The notes under the pieces: model-generated
Databases searched by the model: none
What the model saw: the letters and a program-made list of their open reading frames with translations, nothing else
Told to the model about the DNA's origin: nothing
Assembly: GCA_019240525.1 (NCBI GenBank)
Contig: JAFAYE010000001.1
Location: 33,300 to 97,299, forward strand
Length of the DNA stretch: 64,000 bases
Reading direction: 5' to 3'
From: Vulcanimicrobiota bacterium
Lineage (GTDB): Bacteria; Vulcanimicrobiota; Vulcanimicrobiia; Vulcanimicrobiales; Vulcanimicrobiaceae
Made by a program: the position numbers and the translations under genes
Shown: piece by piece, positions 49,494 to 58,112 of the stretch
Layout of the letters: each line of letters opens with the position of its first letter
How positions within the stretch are numbered: position 1 is the stretch's first letter

Positions 49494-49520
49494 AAAAGGC
49501 GCCCGAACCGAACGGGCGCC
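49494..49520 (-). terminator. Intrinsic-terminator-like hairpin plus U-run on the minus strand, upstream of tRNA-Leu
   Basis: On the minus strand it reads GGCGCCC-gttcggttc-GGGCGCC-TTTTC: a 7-bp GC stem, a 9-nt loop and 4 T. Confidence 0.35.
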
Positions 49521-49611
49521 CGACGAAGGGCCTCGTCCAGCCAGCTTCGAACATGCCTCGACGCCTCAGGTACCGCATTTCGTTCATCCATAACCAAAGG
49601 AGCTTTTTACC

Positions 49612-49932
49612 GTGAACGCCGTGTCACGATTCGACAGTAGTCGGTACAAGCGAATGCGATTGTGGCAGGACCTACCGAACTGGGCGCATTCGGTCCTCTA
49701 TGGGGCCGGTGCACTCCTCGCGGCGATGTTCGTTTTTCAGTTCTTCTTCCGCTACCAATACCTGGAAAGCAACGGCGCGCTTTGGCGTGTCGATCGCCTA
49801 ACCCAGCAATCGTGCCGAGTAGTACTCGGCGAGGTTCGTTGCAATCTCAAGCCAAGCGTCAGCACCAGTACCAGCCTGAGCACCAGCACCAGCCTGAGCT
49901 TGAAACCCGCACTACCGAAACCGAAACACTAA
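49612..49932 (+). CDS. Hypothetical small membrane protein (106 aa) with Ser/Thr repeat tail
   Basis: GTG start with AAGGAG at 49597-49602 (9-nt spacer). One TM helix (VLYGAGALLAAMFVFQFFF). The C-terminal STSTSLSTSTSLS is encoded by an 18-nt tandem duplication. Confidence 0.5.
   Translation: MNAVSRFDSSRYKRMRLWQDLPNWAHSVLYGAGALLAAMFVFQFFFRYQYLESNGALWRVDRLTQQSCRVVLGEVRCNLKPSVSTSTSLSTSTSLSLKPALPKPKH
49861..49896 (+). repeat. Tandem 18-nt duplication (agcaccagYaccagcctg, two copies) inside the small ORF
   Basis: Read directly from the sequence. The two units differ at one position. Confidence 0.9.
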
Positions 49933-49954
49933 CCTCTCCGCAAGCCCCAGATTG

Positions 49955-49987
49955 CGAAACCCTTGAAAGTGTTTTTCAGGGGTTTCG
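49955..49987. terminator. Hairpin between the convergent small ORFs (possible terminator of the plus-strand ORF)
   Basis: CGAAACCC-N17-GGGTTTCG, followed by GTGTTTTCC. The loop is long. Confidence 0.25.
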
Positions 49988-50079
49988 GTGTTTTCCAGCG
50001 CCTGTTTTAAAATCGCGTCCGCGGCGTCCGTTTCATCCGGATTTTCGGTGACGGGTGCGCGTTTACTACGCAGCCGAGG

Positions 50080-50280
50080 CTAGCGGTTCGGCGGTATGAG
50101 AAAGGTCCACACGATACCATTGGCCGCTGCCGCGAGAATCCACATGGTAAAGCATTGGCGCACGATTCGCGCCTGCCCCGCGCGCCGGGCGAGCAGCCCG
50201 CGCGCGAGCATAAGCGCCGAGAACACGATCACGGGGACGAATTCGAGAACCAGCCGTAAGATTTGCGCGTTCATTTGCAT
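50080..50280 (-). CDS. Possible small membrane protein (66 aa) downstream of the tRNA array
   Basis: From the internal ATG at 50280: MQMNAQILRLVLEFVPVIVFSALMLARGLLARR...MWILAAAANGIVWTFLI. Two hydrophobic segments and GC-rich third codon positions. The N-terminal part of the track ORF overlaps tRNA-Lys and is discarded. The SD is weak. Confidence 0.35.
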   Translation of the reverse strand: MQMNAQILRLVLEFVPVIVFSALMLARGLLARRAGQARIVRQCFTMWILAAAANGIVWTFLIPPNR

Positions 50281-50312
50281 GTGCTCAGCATCTACATGAG
50301 GCTTTTTTCTTT

Positions 50313-50384
50313 TGCACCGCGAGGGACTTGAACCCCCAACCAAGTGATTAAGAGTCACCTGCTCTACCATTGAGCTAGCGGTGC
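50313..50384 (-). tRNA. tRNA-Lys (anticodon CUU)
   Basis: The reverse complement is GCACCGCTAGCTCAATGGTAGAGCAGGTGACTCTTAATCACTTGGTTGGGGGTTCAAGTCCCTCGCGGTGCA. Anticodon loop CTCTTAA. Confidence 0.88.
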
Positions 50385-50391
50385 ATCAACG

Positions 50392-50464
50392 TGCGCCCTC
50401 CGGGACTCGAACCCGGGACCAACGGCTTAAAAGGCCGCTGCTCTACCGACTGAGCTAAAGGCGC
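50392..50464 (-). tRNA. tRNA-Lys (anticodon UUU)
   Basis: The reverse complement is GCGCCTTTAGCTCAGTCGGTAGAGCAGCGGCCTTTTAAGCCGTTGGTCCCGGGTTCGAGTCCCGGAGGGCGCA. Anticodon loop CTTTTAA. Confidence 0.95.
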
Positions 50465-50528
50465 TCGGGTCGCTTTGGTCGCCTCACTCTGTACGCAGTC
50501 TTTCTCTCCTCGTCCTTTGGACATCATG

Positions 50529-50603
50529 GGTGACTGAGGGGACTCGAACCCCCGGCCTTCGGTTCCACAGACCGACGCTCTAACCAGCTGAGCTACAGTC
50601 ACC
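50529..50603 (-). tRNA. tRNA-His (anticodon GUG) with genome-encoded G-1
   Basis: The reverse complement is G-GTGACTGTAGCTCAGCTGGTTAGAGCGTCGGTCTGTGGAACCGAAGGCCGGGGGTTCGAGTCCCCTCAGTCACC. Anticodon loop CTGTGGA. The extra 5' G sits opposite C73. Confidence 0.93.
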
Positions 50604-50621
50604 GCGAGAGCATTGTACCAT

Positions 50622-50695
<74 letters not shown>

Positions 50696-50728
50696 GAACC
50701 AAGCGCTAGAATACCATGGCAATCACTG

Positions 50729-50803
50729 TCGGGGCGAGACGATTCGAACGTCCGGCCTTCGCGTCCCAAACGCGACGCTCTAACCAAGCTGAGCTACGCC
50801 CCG
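50729..50803 (-). tRNA. tRNA-Pro (anticodon UGG)
   Basis: The reverse complement is CGGGGCGTAGCTCAGCTTGGTTAGAGCGTCGCGTTTGGGACGCGAAGGCCGGACGTTCGAATCGTCTCGCCCCGA. Anticodon loop TTTGGGA. Confidence 0.93.
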
Positions 50804-50824
50804 ATCGCAAGTCGTCGCAACGTG

Positions 50825-50852
50825 AGCTTACGCTTCGGGATTTCGGCAGCAA
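50825..50852 (-). promoter_or_regulatory. Candidate sigma70-type promoter for the tRNA array
   Basis: On the minus strand it reads TTGCTG-N16-TAAGCT, about 21 nt upstream of the tRNA-Pro 5' end. This is a by-eye match only. Confidence 0.2.
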
Positions 50853-50869
50853 ACCTCTGCCATGCGTTG

Positions 50870-51718
50870 CTACAACAGCAGTTGGTGATAGCCTACGTAC
50901 GTTGAAAGATTGGCGATCGCCGTGTCTTGGGCGAGCAAAAAGCTTTGCTCGATTCGCAAGCCGGCGCGCAACGCGGCGCGCGCAATACGCCGGTTCGATC
51001 CCGGGACGAGCGCGCTACACCACGATGCCGAGTAGCTTCGCTGCAACGTGAGCAGCGCATAAGCAAATATTTGCACGAGATAGGCCTCCGACGCGCAGGC
51101 CAATGGGCCGATCGATCCGTCAGGCCATACGTACGTGTAACCGACGGACTCGCCATTCAGAAAAAAGGCAGCGCCCGTTGCCGACTGGGCAAATGCGGCG
51201 TGATCTGCGCCTCGCGATGTCCCGCGCGTCTGGCGATCGAGCTCGTCGATTGCAACTTCGTGCTCGCGGAGGTCAATCGGCGCGACGGCAAAGCGATAGT
51301 TGCCGGCCGCCATCTTCGCGAGCTCCTCCTCGTTTGGAATCACGCCTGCGAACCGCCAAATCGCCTCCGTTGGCGCCATTCGAAATCGCAATGCTAACGC
51401 TCCCCCGGCGGCGTCGTCAGGATCCACGAGCATGCTCCGCGCGACGTCCTCGCTCGCAAAGCACTGCTCGAGTAGCCGCCGTGCGATACCGAGCCGCCGA
51501 TACGACGGCTCGACGAAGAGCTCGCCGACGTAGCGCGCTTCTACAGTGTCGTGAGCGACGGCTATTCCAATTGCTTCACCGTCGTCGCGCGCCAACCAAA
51601 CGGTTGCGCACTGCGCCGCCTGCAGCGATAACCGCACCCAGCGGTCGTCGAGATTGCGGCGCCGGGCCATCGCGCGAACACCGTCCGGAGAGCCGGTCGC
51701 GATCTCTATTGCCGGCAT
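50870..51718 (-). CDS. GNAT-family N-acetyltransferase (two-domain, 282 aa)
   Basis: From the internal ATG at 51718. Acetyl-CoA-binding-like segment VGELFVEPSYRRLGIARRLLEQ. The upstream 220 codons of the 504-aa track ORF overlap the real gene at 51739..52719 in another frame and are discarded. Confidence 0.65.
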   Translation of the reverse strand: MPAIEIATGSPDGVRAMARRRNLDDRWVRLSLQAAQCATVWLARDDGEAIGIAVAHDTVEARYVGELFVEPSYRRLGIARRLLEQCFASEDVARSMLVDPDDAAGGALALRFRMAPTEAIWRFAGVIPNEEELAKMAAGNYRFAVAPIDLREHEVAIDELDRQTRGTSRGADHAAFAQSATGAAFFLNGESVGYTYVWPDGSIGPLACASEAYLVQIFAYALLTLQRSYSASWCSALVPGSNRRIARAALRAGLRIEQSFLLAQDTAIANLSTYVGYHQLLL

Positions 51719-51738
51719 CGGCGCGATGTTAGGGCAGA

Positions 51739-52719
51739 CTACTGCTGCTGCGTGAACCCTGGTGGAATCGAGAAGAGCGCCTCGGCTTCCGGCCGATCCA
51801 GCCAGCGCACGTTTCCGGCCTCCACTAAGCTCTTGAAACTCCGACCGTCGGTCGCTCCAGCGCCCATCGACATGAGCCGGTACATCGCCAGCCGATCGCC
51901 GTTGTTCAGGGCTCCGACCCCGCTGCCATGCATCCGGGGAACGCATCCGCTGCCGCGAGTGACGTATTCCTGCGCTGAAATCGGCCCCCCGGTTCTGGGC
52001 AACGGACAATACGCGCGCGGTACGAGGATACTCGATATGTACTCGATGACGTTCATTGAGAAGTTGCTGTTCTTGCACGAGCCCGTGGCGTTCGTCATTG
52101 CCATGGTAAGGTTCGATGAATCGCCGTGCGTGGGGATCTCTTCGATCGTTTTGGGGCCCAGGTTTTCGCGCGTGGCGCCAATCGTCAGATCCATCGTGCC
52201 GGGTTCGGTAGCACCCGAGATCGGAGTTTGCGCGTGCGACATCGGGCCAGACATGGCTTGCGTTGCCGGAACGGAGCTCGAGATTCGATACGTGTGATGC
52301 GCGAGATCGAGCTGAATGTATTGGTGCAGGTTGCACTTGACGATGATCGCGGTTTGATTGACGATATCGTCGGTCCGCACCCAATTATTGTAGTACGTAT
52401 ACCGGCTAAGAAATCCGGCCTGTATCGAGCGCGCCGCCCTCATCGCTTGGCCGACGCCCGCGATATTGCCGAAGATTCCCGCATTGGGCGCGGGAGCGTT
52501 GGCCGCAGCGACGATAGCGGCGCGATCGTCCTGAAAGACGCCGGGCGGTGGCGGCGTCGCCGCGCCGATCAAAAAGCGGCTGATCTCTTCATATTGTAGT
52601 GCGACAGGTGTTGGAGTCGGCATAGCCGCGACCGCGGTTGCCCTCGAAGAATTTGCGCCCATAAAGGTAACGAACAGGGCGATTCCTACGGCAAGGGCCG
52701 AGACAATAACGCGTTGCAT
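51739..52719 (-). CDS. Hypothetical secreted protein (326 aa), no recognisable domain
   Basis: Signal peptide MQRVIVSALAVGIALFVTFMGANSSRATA, a Pro/Ala-rich linker, a mixed beta-like body and 4 Cys. Confidence 0.55.
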   Translation of the reverse strand: MQRVIVSALAVGIALFVTFMGANSSRATAVAAMPTPTPVALQYEEISRFLIGAATPPPPGVFQDDRAAIVAAANAPAPNAGIFGNIAGVGQAMRAARSIQAGFLSRYTYYNNWVRTDDIVNQTAIIVKCNLHQYIQLDLAHHTYRISSSVPATQAMSGPMSHAQTPISGATEPGTMDLTIGATRENLGPKTIEEIPTHGDSSNLTMAMTNATGSCKNSNFSMNVIEYISSILVPRAYCPLPRTGGPISAQEYVTRGSGCVPRMHGSGVGALNNGDRLAMYRLMSMGAGATDGRSFKSLVEAGNVRWLDRPEAEALFSIPPGFTQQQ

Positions 52720-52734
52720 CCGTATCCTCCTGAT

Positions 52735-53364
52735 TTAATCGAACAAATTCTTGGCCGTATCGTTCGACGCCTGCGAAAGGCCTGCCAACAACGCGTCGAC
52801 CGCGCGGCGCCGATGGCTGACGGCATTCTTGTCTTTCTCGCTCATCGCGGCGAAGCTTCGCCCTTGCGGCGGATACAGAAAGACGGAATCGTAACCGAAT
52901 CCGCCGTTTCCGCACTCCGCTTCGAGAATGTAGCCATTCACCTCGCCGCGCGCCGTGATCGGGTCGACATCGGGCTGCAACAAGGTCAACACGCAGACAA
53001 AGCGCGCCGTGCGCCGATACGGAGGAACGCCGCGCAGTTCCGCCAGCAGGGCCGCGCGTCGCGCCGGCCACTCCATCTCGGGTCCACCGTAACGAGCCGA
53101 ATGAATACCCGGCCGCCCTCCGAGCGCGTCGATTTCCAAGCCGCTGTCGTCGGCGAGCACGGCGGCGGTTACGCGCCGTTCGCGCAACGCAGCGCTCAAC
53201 GCGCGTGCTTTGAGAAGCGCGTTGCCCGCGTAGTCCTCGGCATCCTCCACGACGCCGAGCTCGACGCGCTTGCGGGGCGTTACGATCTGAATGGCCGAGC
53301 GCGCGAAAAGCGCTTTGAGCTCGCGCATCTTTCCGGCGTTACTCGTTGCGACGTAGGCTTTCAC
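52735..53364 (-). CDS. rdgB: Non-canonical purine NTP pyrophosphatase (RdgB/HAM1 family)
   Basis: Carries [37 protein letters not shown] and [11 protein letters not shown]. The GTG start overlaps the lepA stop (GTGA). Confidence 0.9.
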   Translation of the reverse strand: MKAYVATSNAGKMRELKALFARSAIQIVTPRKRVELGVVEDAEDYAGNALLKARALSAALRERRVTAAVLADDSGLEIDALGGRPGIHSARYGGPEMEWPARRAALLAELRGVPPYRRTARFVCVLTLLQPDVDPITARGEVNGYILEAECGNGGFGYDSVFLYPPQGRSFAAMSEKDKNAVSHRRRAVDALLAGLSQASNDTAKNLFD

Positions 53365-55187
53365 GATCCCAACCGGAGGACCGCCATGAAGGCCTCTTGC
53401 GGCAGCTCGACCTTGCCGACGCGCTTCATGCGCTCTTTGCCGACCTTCTGCTTCTCGAGCAGTTTGCGCTTACGCGTAATGTCGCCGCCATAACACTTCG
53501 AGAGCACGTTCTTTCGCATCGCGCTGACCGTCTCGCGCGCAACGATCTTGCCGCCGATCGCGGCTTGGATCGGCACCTCGAAAAGCTGGCGCGGAATCAG
53601 TTCCTTGAGCTTTTCAGCCATCGCTCGGCCACGCTGCGCCGCTTTGTCGCGGGCTACGATAAACGAAAGCGCATCGATCGGTTCGCCGTTAAGCAGGATG
53701 TCGAGTTTCGTGAGCTCGCCTTCGCGATAGCCGGTCACCTCGTAATCGAGCGACGCATAGCCCTTCGTACGTGACTTCAGGGCGTCGAAAAAGTCGACAA
53801 TCACTTCGATCAGCGGCATTTCGTAGGTCAAAATGACGCGACCATCGTGCAAGTATTCCATGTTGGAGAGGCTGCCTCGCCGGCTCTGCGTGATCTCCAT
53901 GATCGCGCCCACGTAGTCAGGCGGCGAAATAATCGTCGCTTTGACATAGGGTTCTTCGATCGAACGAATGACGCTTGGCGAGGGCAACTTCGAGGGATTG
54001 TCGATGGTCGTGGTCGTGCCGTCCGTGCGTACGACGCGAAAGACAACCGACGGGGACGTTGCGATAAGATCGAGTCCATAGTCGCGTTCGAGCCGTTCTT
54101 GCACGATCTCCATGTGCAACAACCCGAGAAAACCGCAGCGAAAGCCGAAGCCGAGAGCCATCGAACTCTCGGGCTCGTAAACGAGCGCGGCATCGTTGAG
54201 CTTGAGCTTTTCGAGTGCATCTCGCAGCCCGTCGTATTCGCCTTCGTTCGGATAAAGGCCGCAGTACACCATCGGCACCGCTTTGCGATACCCGGCGAGC
54301 GCGACGTGGGCGGGATCGGTTGCCGACGTGATCGTATCGCCGACGTCGATCTCGCCAAGCGACTTAATATTCGCGATCACATAGCCGACGTCGCCCGCCT
54401 GCAGCGCCTTGGTCGCACGCATCTGCGGCGCAAAAATCCCTACCTCGGTGCACTCGAAGACTCGTTCGTGCGCCATGGACATGAATCGCGTGCCCGGGGC
54501 GAGGGTGCCGTCGACTATGCGCACGTAGCTCACAACGCCCCGATAGGGGTCGAACTGAGCGTTGAAGACAAGCGCCCGCAAAAGGTCGTGGCGTCCTTTC
54601 GGCGGCGGAATGCGCTGCACGATAGCTTCGAGGGTCTCCTCGATGCCTACGCCGTTCTTGGCGCTGGCTAGAATGCATTCGCTCTTCTCCATCACCAGCA
54701 GCTCTTCGATCTCACCCATAACGCGCGCGGGATCGGCCGCAGGCAAGTCGATTTTGTTGATGACCGGAATGATCGTCAGATCGTGTTCGAGCGCCAAATG
54801 ATAGTTCGCCAGCGTCTGCGCTTCGATGCCCTGCGCCGCATCAATGATCAAGATTGCGCCTTCGCAGGCGGCTAACGAGCGGGAAACCTCGTACGAGAAA
54901 TCGACGTGGCCCGGTGTGTCGATCAAATTGAGGCGGTAAAGCGCGCCGTCTCGAGCCCGGTATTCCAAGGTGACCGGGTGCATGCGAATCGTGATGCCGC
55001 GCTCGCGCTCCAAGTCCATCGCATCGAGCGCCTGATCTTCGAGGTCGCGCGACGCGACGGTCCGAGTAATCTCCATCAGTCGATCGGAAAGCGTCGTCTT
55101 GCCATGGTCGATATGCGCGATGATGCAGAAGTTTCGAACGTTGCCGGCGATGTCGACGCGGTGCGGCCGCTCCGATTTTAACGTCAC
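53361..55187 (-). CDS. lepA: Translation elongation factor 4
   Basis: G-domain [20 protein letters not shown] and DTPGHVDF. LepA-specific C-terminal domain (...[28 protein letters not shown]). Confidence 0.98.
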   Translation of the reverse strand: MTLKSERPHRVDIAGNVRNFCIIAHIDHGKTTLSDRLMEITRTVASRDLEDQALDAMDLERERGITIRMHPVTLEYRARDGALYRLNLIDTPGHVDFSYEVSRSLAACEGAILIIDAAQGIEAQTLANYHLALEHDLTIIPVINKIDLPAADPARVMGEIEELLVMEKSECILASAKNGVGIEETLEAIVQRIPPPKGRHDLLRALVFNAQFDPYRGVVSYVRIVDGTLAPGTRFMSMAHERVFECTEVGIFAPQMRATKALQAGDVGYVIANIKSLGEIDVGDTITSATDPAHVALAGYRKAVPMVYCGLYPNEGEYDGLRDALEKLKLNDAALVYEPESSMALGFGFRCGFLGLLHMEIVQERLERDYGLDLIATSPSVVFRVVRTDGTTTTIDNPSKLPSPSVIRSIEEPYVKATIISPPDYVGAIMEITQSRRGSLSNMEYLHDGRVILTYEMPLIEVIVDFFDALKSRTKGYASLDYEVTGYREGELTKLDILLNGEPIDALSFIVARDKAAQRGRAMAEKLKELIPRQLFEVPIQAAIGGKIVARETVSAMRKNVLSKCYGGDITRKRKLLEKQKVGKERMKRVGKVELPQEAFMAVLRLGS

Positions 55188-55197
55188 CGTCTATGCC

Positions 55198-55488
55198 TTA
55201 GAAGAGCGGGTAACAGGCGGTCAGCGCGAGGTGCGCCAGGGCGGGGCGGACGAGCATTTGCAGGACGAGCAAGAGTATGAGAAATGCGAGATCGAACCCG
55301 CCGAGCGGTGGGATAATCCGCCGAATGGGAATCAGCACGGGTTCGATGATCGACGCGAGATAATAGGCCCACCGCCCTCGCCGCAGGTCGGGAACCCACG
55401 AGAGCACGGCATAGACGAACAGCAAGATCGTATAGATATAGACGACGTAGATCAGCGCATTGGCAAGGTCGCAAAGCAGCAGGTTCAC
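55198..55488 (-). CDS. YggT-family membrane protein
   Basis: 96 aa. LLFVYAVLSWVP...YYLASIIEPVLIPIRRIIPPLGGFDLAFLI is the YggT signature. Confidence 0.85.
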   Translation of the reverse strand: MNLLLCDLANALIYVVYIYTILLFVYAVLSWVPDLRRGRWAYYLASIIEPVLIPIRRIIPPLGGFDLAFLILLLVLQMLVRPALAHLALTACYPLF

Positions 55489-55994
55489 GGCGCGCCTCCT
55501 TGCGCTCCGTTAGAACGTGCCCGTTCGATCGCTTCCAACTCTTCCTCCGACGCTTGGACGGTCGGCTTGTAACGCGCGACCGGTTTGCCGAAGGTCCGCG
55601 AATCATCGCGTGAATAGATGCTGGTAATCACGACCCCATCACCTTGCCGGTTCAGCAGTGCGAGCGCGTAGGAAAGGCCGGCTCCGGTTCCGGCGAAGGC
55701 GTCATACCGAACGAAGCCCGCCTGGGAAAGATCGGCTGCGGCGAAGCTCTCGAGTTCGCCGATCCTTCCTTCAAGGCTGCCCCGCGCGGCCGTAGCTGCG
55801 CTTTGCGCCTCCTCGAGCGCACCGAGCCGGTCGGCGGCACTTCCCGATCCGCCCGAAAGCAGCGTGTCGTGCAGCTCCAGCAAAGTCCGCGCGCGCGCCA
55901 GCGCCGGGCGCACCACGGCGGCGTGATAGATGACCAGTGCCAGGAGCGCGCCGATAAACGCGCCGCCGGCTGCGTAAAAAGCTGCGAACTGCAT
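55485..55994 (-). CDS. DUF4446-family protein
   Basis: An N-terminal TM helix, a coiled segment, and then GFVRYDAFAGTGAGLSYALALLNRQGDGVVITSIYSRDDSRTFGKPV, typical of DUF4446. Confidence 0.75.
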   Translation of the reverse strand: MQFAAFYAAGGAFIGALLALVIYHAAVVRPALARARTLLELHDTLLSGGSGSAADRLGALEEAQSAATAARGSLEGRIGELESFAAADLSQAGFVRYDAFAGTGAGLSYALALLNRQGDGVVITSIYSRDDSRTFGKPVARYKPTVQASEEELEAIERARSNGAQGGAP

Positions 55995-56019
55995 CGTTAG
56001 AGCGATCGAGCCACGACGA

Positions 56020-56112
56020 GAGCCAGGGGGCTCACGGCACCCGTAAGGGCCCGTTTACCGTTGCTACCTTCCGGTTCTGGCGGGGTTCGCGGGGTTACGC
56101 CGCGTGAGGCCT
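56020..56112 (-). ncRNA. ffs: Probable signal recognition particle RNA (small 4.5S-type); ends approximate
   Basis: The minus strand reads ...CGCCAGAACC-GGAA-GGTAGCAACGG..., matching the SRP domain IV hairpin (GNRA loop flanked by the conserved AGCA-side internal loop; E. coli has GGUCC-GGAA-GGAAGCAGCC). The flanks pair (5' CTCACGCGGC with 3' GCCGTGAG). It lies in a 155-nt gene-free gap. Confidence 0.5.
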
Positions 56113-56149
56113 AACTCCCATCATGGCCACGCCATGATACCATAGGTCC

Positions 56150-56659
56150 ATGCGGGCCGTGGTGGCGCTCCTGGGCGTGCTTCTGGCGGCGCTCAACGGA
56201 ACGATGCAGCTACGCAGCGCCGACTTCTCGGCCGGCGGCGTCATTCCAACGCGCTCGATGGCCGTGGATTGCGGCGGTGAAAATCGCTCGCCCGCGCTCT
56301 CGTGGAGCGACGCCCCGAAAGGCACGCGATCCTTCGCGCTGATCGTGCACGATCCGGATGCGCCCATCGCCGGCGGCTTTTACCACTGGGTTCTCTACAA
56401 TCTGCCGGCGTCATCGACCGCCCTCCCCGCACAGGCGAAACTCGATGCCGCGCAACTCGGCCAGACTTCGCGCGGCCAGCCTGGCTATTATGGGCCCTGC
56501 CCGCCTCCGGGACCGCCGCATCATTATAACTTCACGCTTTACGCGCTCGACGTGGCGCATATTTCGGCGCAAACGCCGACGGCTTCCCAGCTCGAAGCTC
56601 GGTTCTCCGGCCACGTGCTCGCTCGGTCCGTGCTTACGGGTATCGAATCGAATCATTAG
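56150..56659 (+). CDS. YbhB/YbcL-family (PEBP / Raf-kinase-inhibitor-like) periplasmic protein
   Basis: Signal peptide, then FALIVHDPDAPIAGGFYHWVLYNLP and GYYGPCPPPGPPHHYNFTLYALD. Confidence 0.85.
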   Translation: MRAVVALLGVLLAALNGTMQLRSADFSAGGVIPTRSMAVDCGGENRSPALSWSDAPKGTRSFALIVHDPDAPIAGGFYHWVLYNLPASSTALPAQAKLDAAQLGQTSRGQPGYYGPCPPPGPPHHYNFTLYALDVAHISAQTPTASQLEARFSGHVLARSVLTGIESNH

Positions 56660-56694
56660 GAGCGTCCCCTCGCGCCGTCGAAGCCGAAGAGACA

Positions 56695-56943
56695 ATGGAT
56701 GAAGTAACGATCAAAGTCCGCGAGAGCGGCCCCTACTTGGTGCGCGGAAAATTTACGCTGACCGACGCTGAGGGAAACGTCTATACGATCGAAGGCGCAA
56801 ACATCGCACTCTGCCGGTGCGGAGGCTCGCAGACCAAACCGTTCTGCGACGGAGCGCACCGAGAGAACGGCTTCTGCGCCACCGAGCGTGCCATCGCCGC
56901 GCAAGTTGAAAACACAATGGTCGGGCAGGCCGAAAGCGCCTGA
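56695..56943 (+). CDS. CDGSH iron-sulfur domain protein (82 aa)
   Basis: Carries the CRCGGSQTKPFCDGAH motif (C-x-C-x2-S-x5-P-x-C-D-G-x-H). Its stop overlaps the hmgA start (TGATG). Confidence 0.85.
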   Translation: MDEVTIKVRESGPYLVRGKFTLTDAEGNVYTIEGANIALCRCGGSQTKPFCDGAHRENGFCATERAIAAQVENTMVGQAESA

Positions 56944-58112
56944 TGCCTTCATACGTTCGTCAGGGCTCGGTACCACCGAAGCGACACATTCAATTTCGCC
57001 GGCCTGACGGCGGACTCTATGCCGAGGAGCTTTTCTCCACCAAAGGATTCGAGAGCGTCTACTCGTTGCTCTATCATCTGCGTCCGCCGACCGCAACGCT
57101 CGACGTCCGGCCTTGGCAACGTGCCGCTATCGCATTGAGCCCGAACGAGCCACTGCGAAATCGTCATCTCAAGACTGCATCGTTGCCGCTGCAAGGCGGA
57201 GATCCGGTCGCGTCGCGGACGCCGTTGCTCGGAAACGAGGACGTCGTGATCTCCGTAGCCGATGCCCGCGAAAGCATGGAATACTTTTACCGAAATACCG
57301 GCGGCGACGAGCTGCTGTTTATTCATCACGGCTCGGGGGTCGTGGAGACTCAGTTCGGAGAGCTGGCATATCGCGAACACGATTACCTGGTGATTCCCAC
57401 CGGCACGATCTATCGAGTCGAGCCGGCCTCGCCGACCCGAATGCTCGTCTACGAGAGCACCGGCACGGTGACTATTCCGCGTCGATACCGTAACGAGTTC
57501 GGCCAACTCGAAGAACACGCGCCCTATTACGAGCGCGATTTTCGCGCGCCGGTGCTCAAAGCCCCGATCGAAGCGCAAGGTGAATACGAAATTCGAGTGC
57601 GCAGCGGCCAGCGCAACGCAATATATCTCGTGCAAAATCACCCATGCGACGTCGTCGGCTGGGACGGCCACTGCTATCCCTATGCATTCAACCTCGATGA
57701 GTTCGCGCCGATCACCGGCAAGCTGCATCAGCCGCCCCCCGCGCACGCGACGTTCGAAGCGCCCGGCGCGGCCTTCTGCGCGTTCGTCCCCCGCATGTTC
57801 GATTATCATCCGCTGGCGATTCCGGTTCCGTACAACCACTCCAGCGTGGATTGCGACGAAGTGCTCTATTACGTCAGCGGCAATTTTATGAGCCGCCGCG
57901 GCGTCGAAGAAGGCTCAATCACCCTGCACGCGGCCGGCGCGCCCCACGGACCCCAACCAGGGGCCGTGGAGCAAAGCCTCGGCAAGACCTCGACCGATGA
58001 GATTGCCGTGATGATCGACACTTTTAAGCCGCTGCAGCTCGCGCAGGCCGCGCACGATTGCGAAGACGCGCAGTACTTCCGCTCGTGGGTGCTAGAGCCG
58101 GCGAAAATCTAG
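56943..58112 (+). CDS. hmgA: Homogentisate 1,2-dioxygenase (short, ~390-aa form)
   Basis: The N-terminus YVRQGSVPPKRHIQFRRPDGGLYAEELFSTKGF and the cupin core with HSSVDCDEVLYYVSG...ITLHAAGAPHGPQPG match the short bacterial HmgA type from memory. Confidence 0.85.
   Translation: MPSYVRQGSVPPKRHIQFRRPDGGLYAEELFSTKGFESVYSLLYHLRPPTATLDVRPWQRAAIALSPNEPLRNRHLKTASLPLQGGDPVASRTPLLGNEDVVISVADARESMEYFYRNTGGDELLFIHHGSGVVETQFGELAYREHDYLVIPTGTIYRVEPASPTRMLVYESTGTVTIPRRYRNEFGQLEEHAPYYERDFRAPVLKAPIEAQGEYEIRVRSGQRNAIYLVQNHPCDVVGWDGHCYPYAFNLDEFAPITGKLHQPPPAHATFEAPGAAFCAFVPRMFDYHPLAIPVPYNHSSVDCDEVLYYVSGNFMSRRGVEEGSITLHAAGAPHGPQPGAVEQSLGKTSTDEIAVMIDTFKPLQLAQAAHDCEDAQYFRSWVLEPAKI

Noticed and set aside
50870-52384. 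A 504-aa ORF spanning the GNAT gene and much of the upstream secreted-protein gene.
   Set aside because: Only the C-terminal 282 aa (from the ATG at 51718) look like a protein (GNAT). The N-terminal 220 codons overlap the well-formed 51739..52719 gene in another frame and are Arg-rich.
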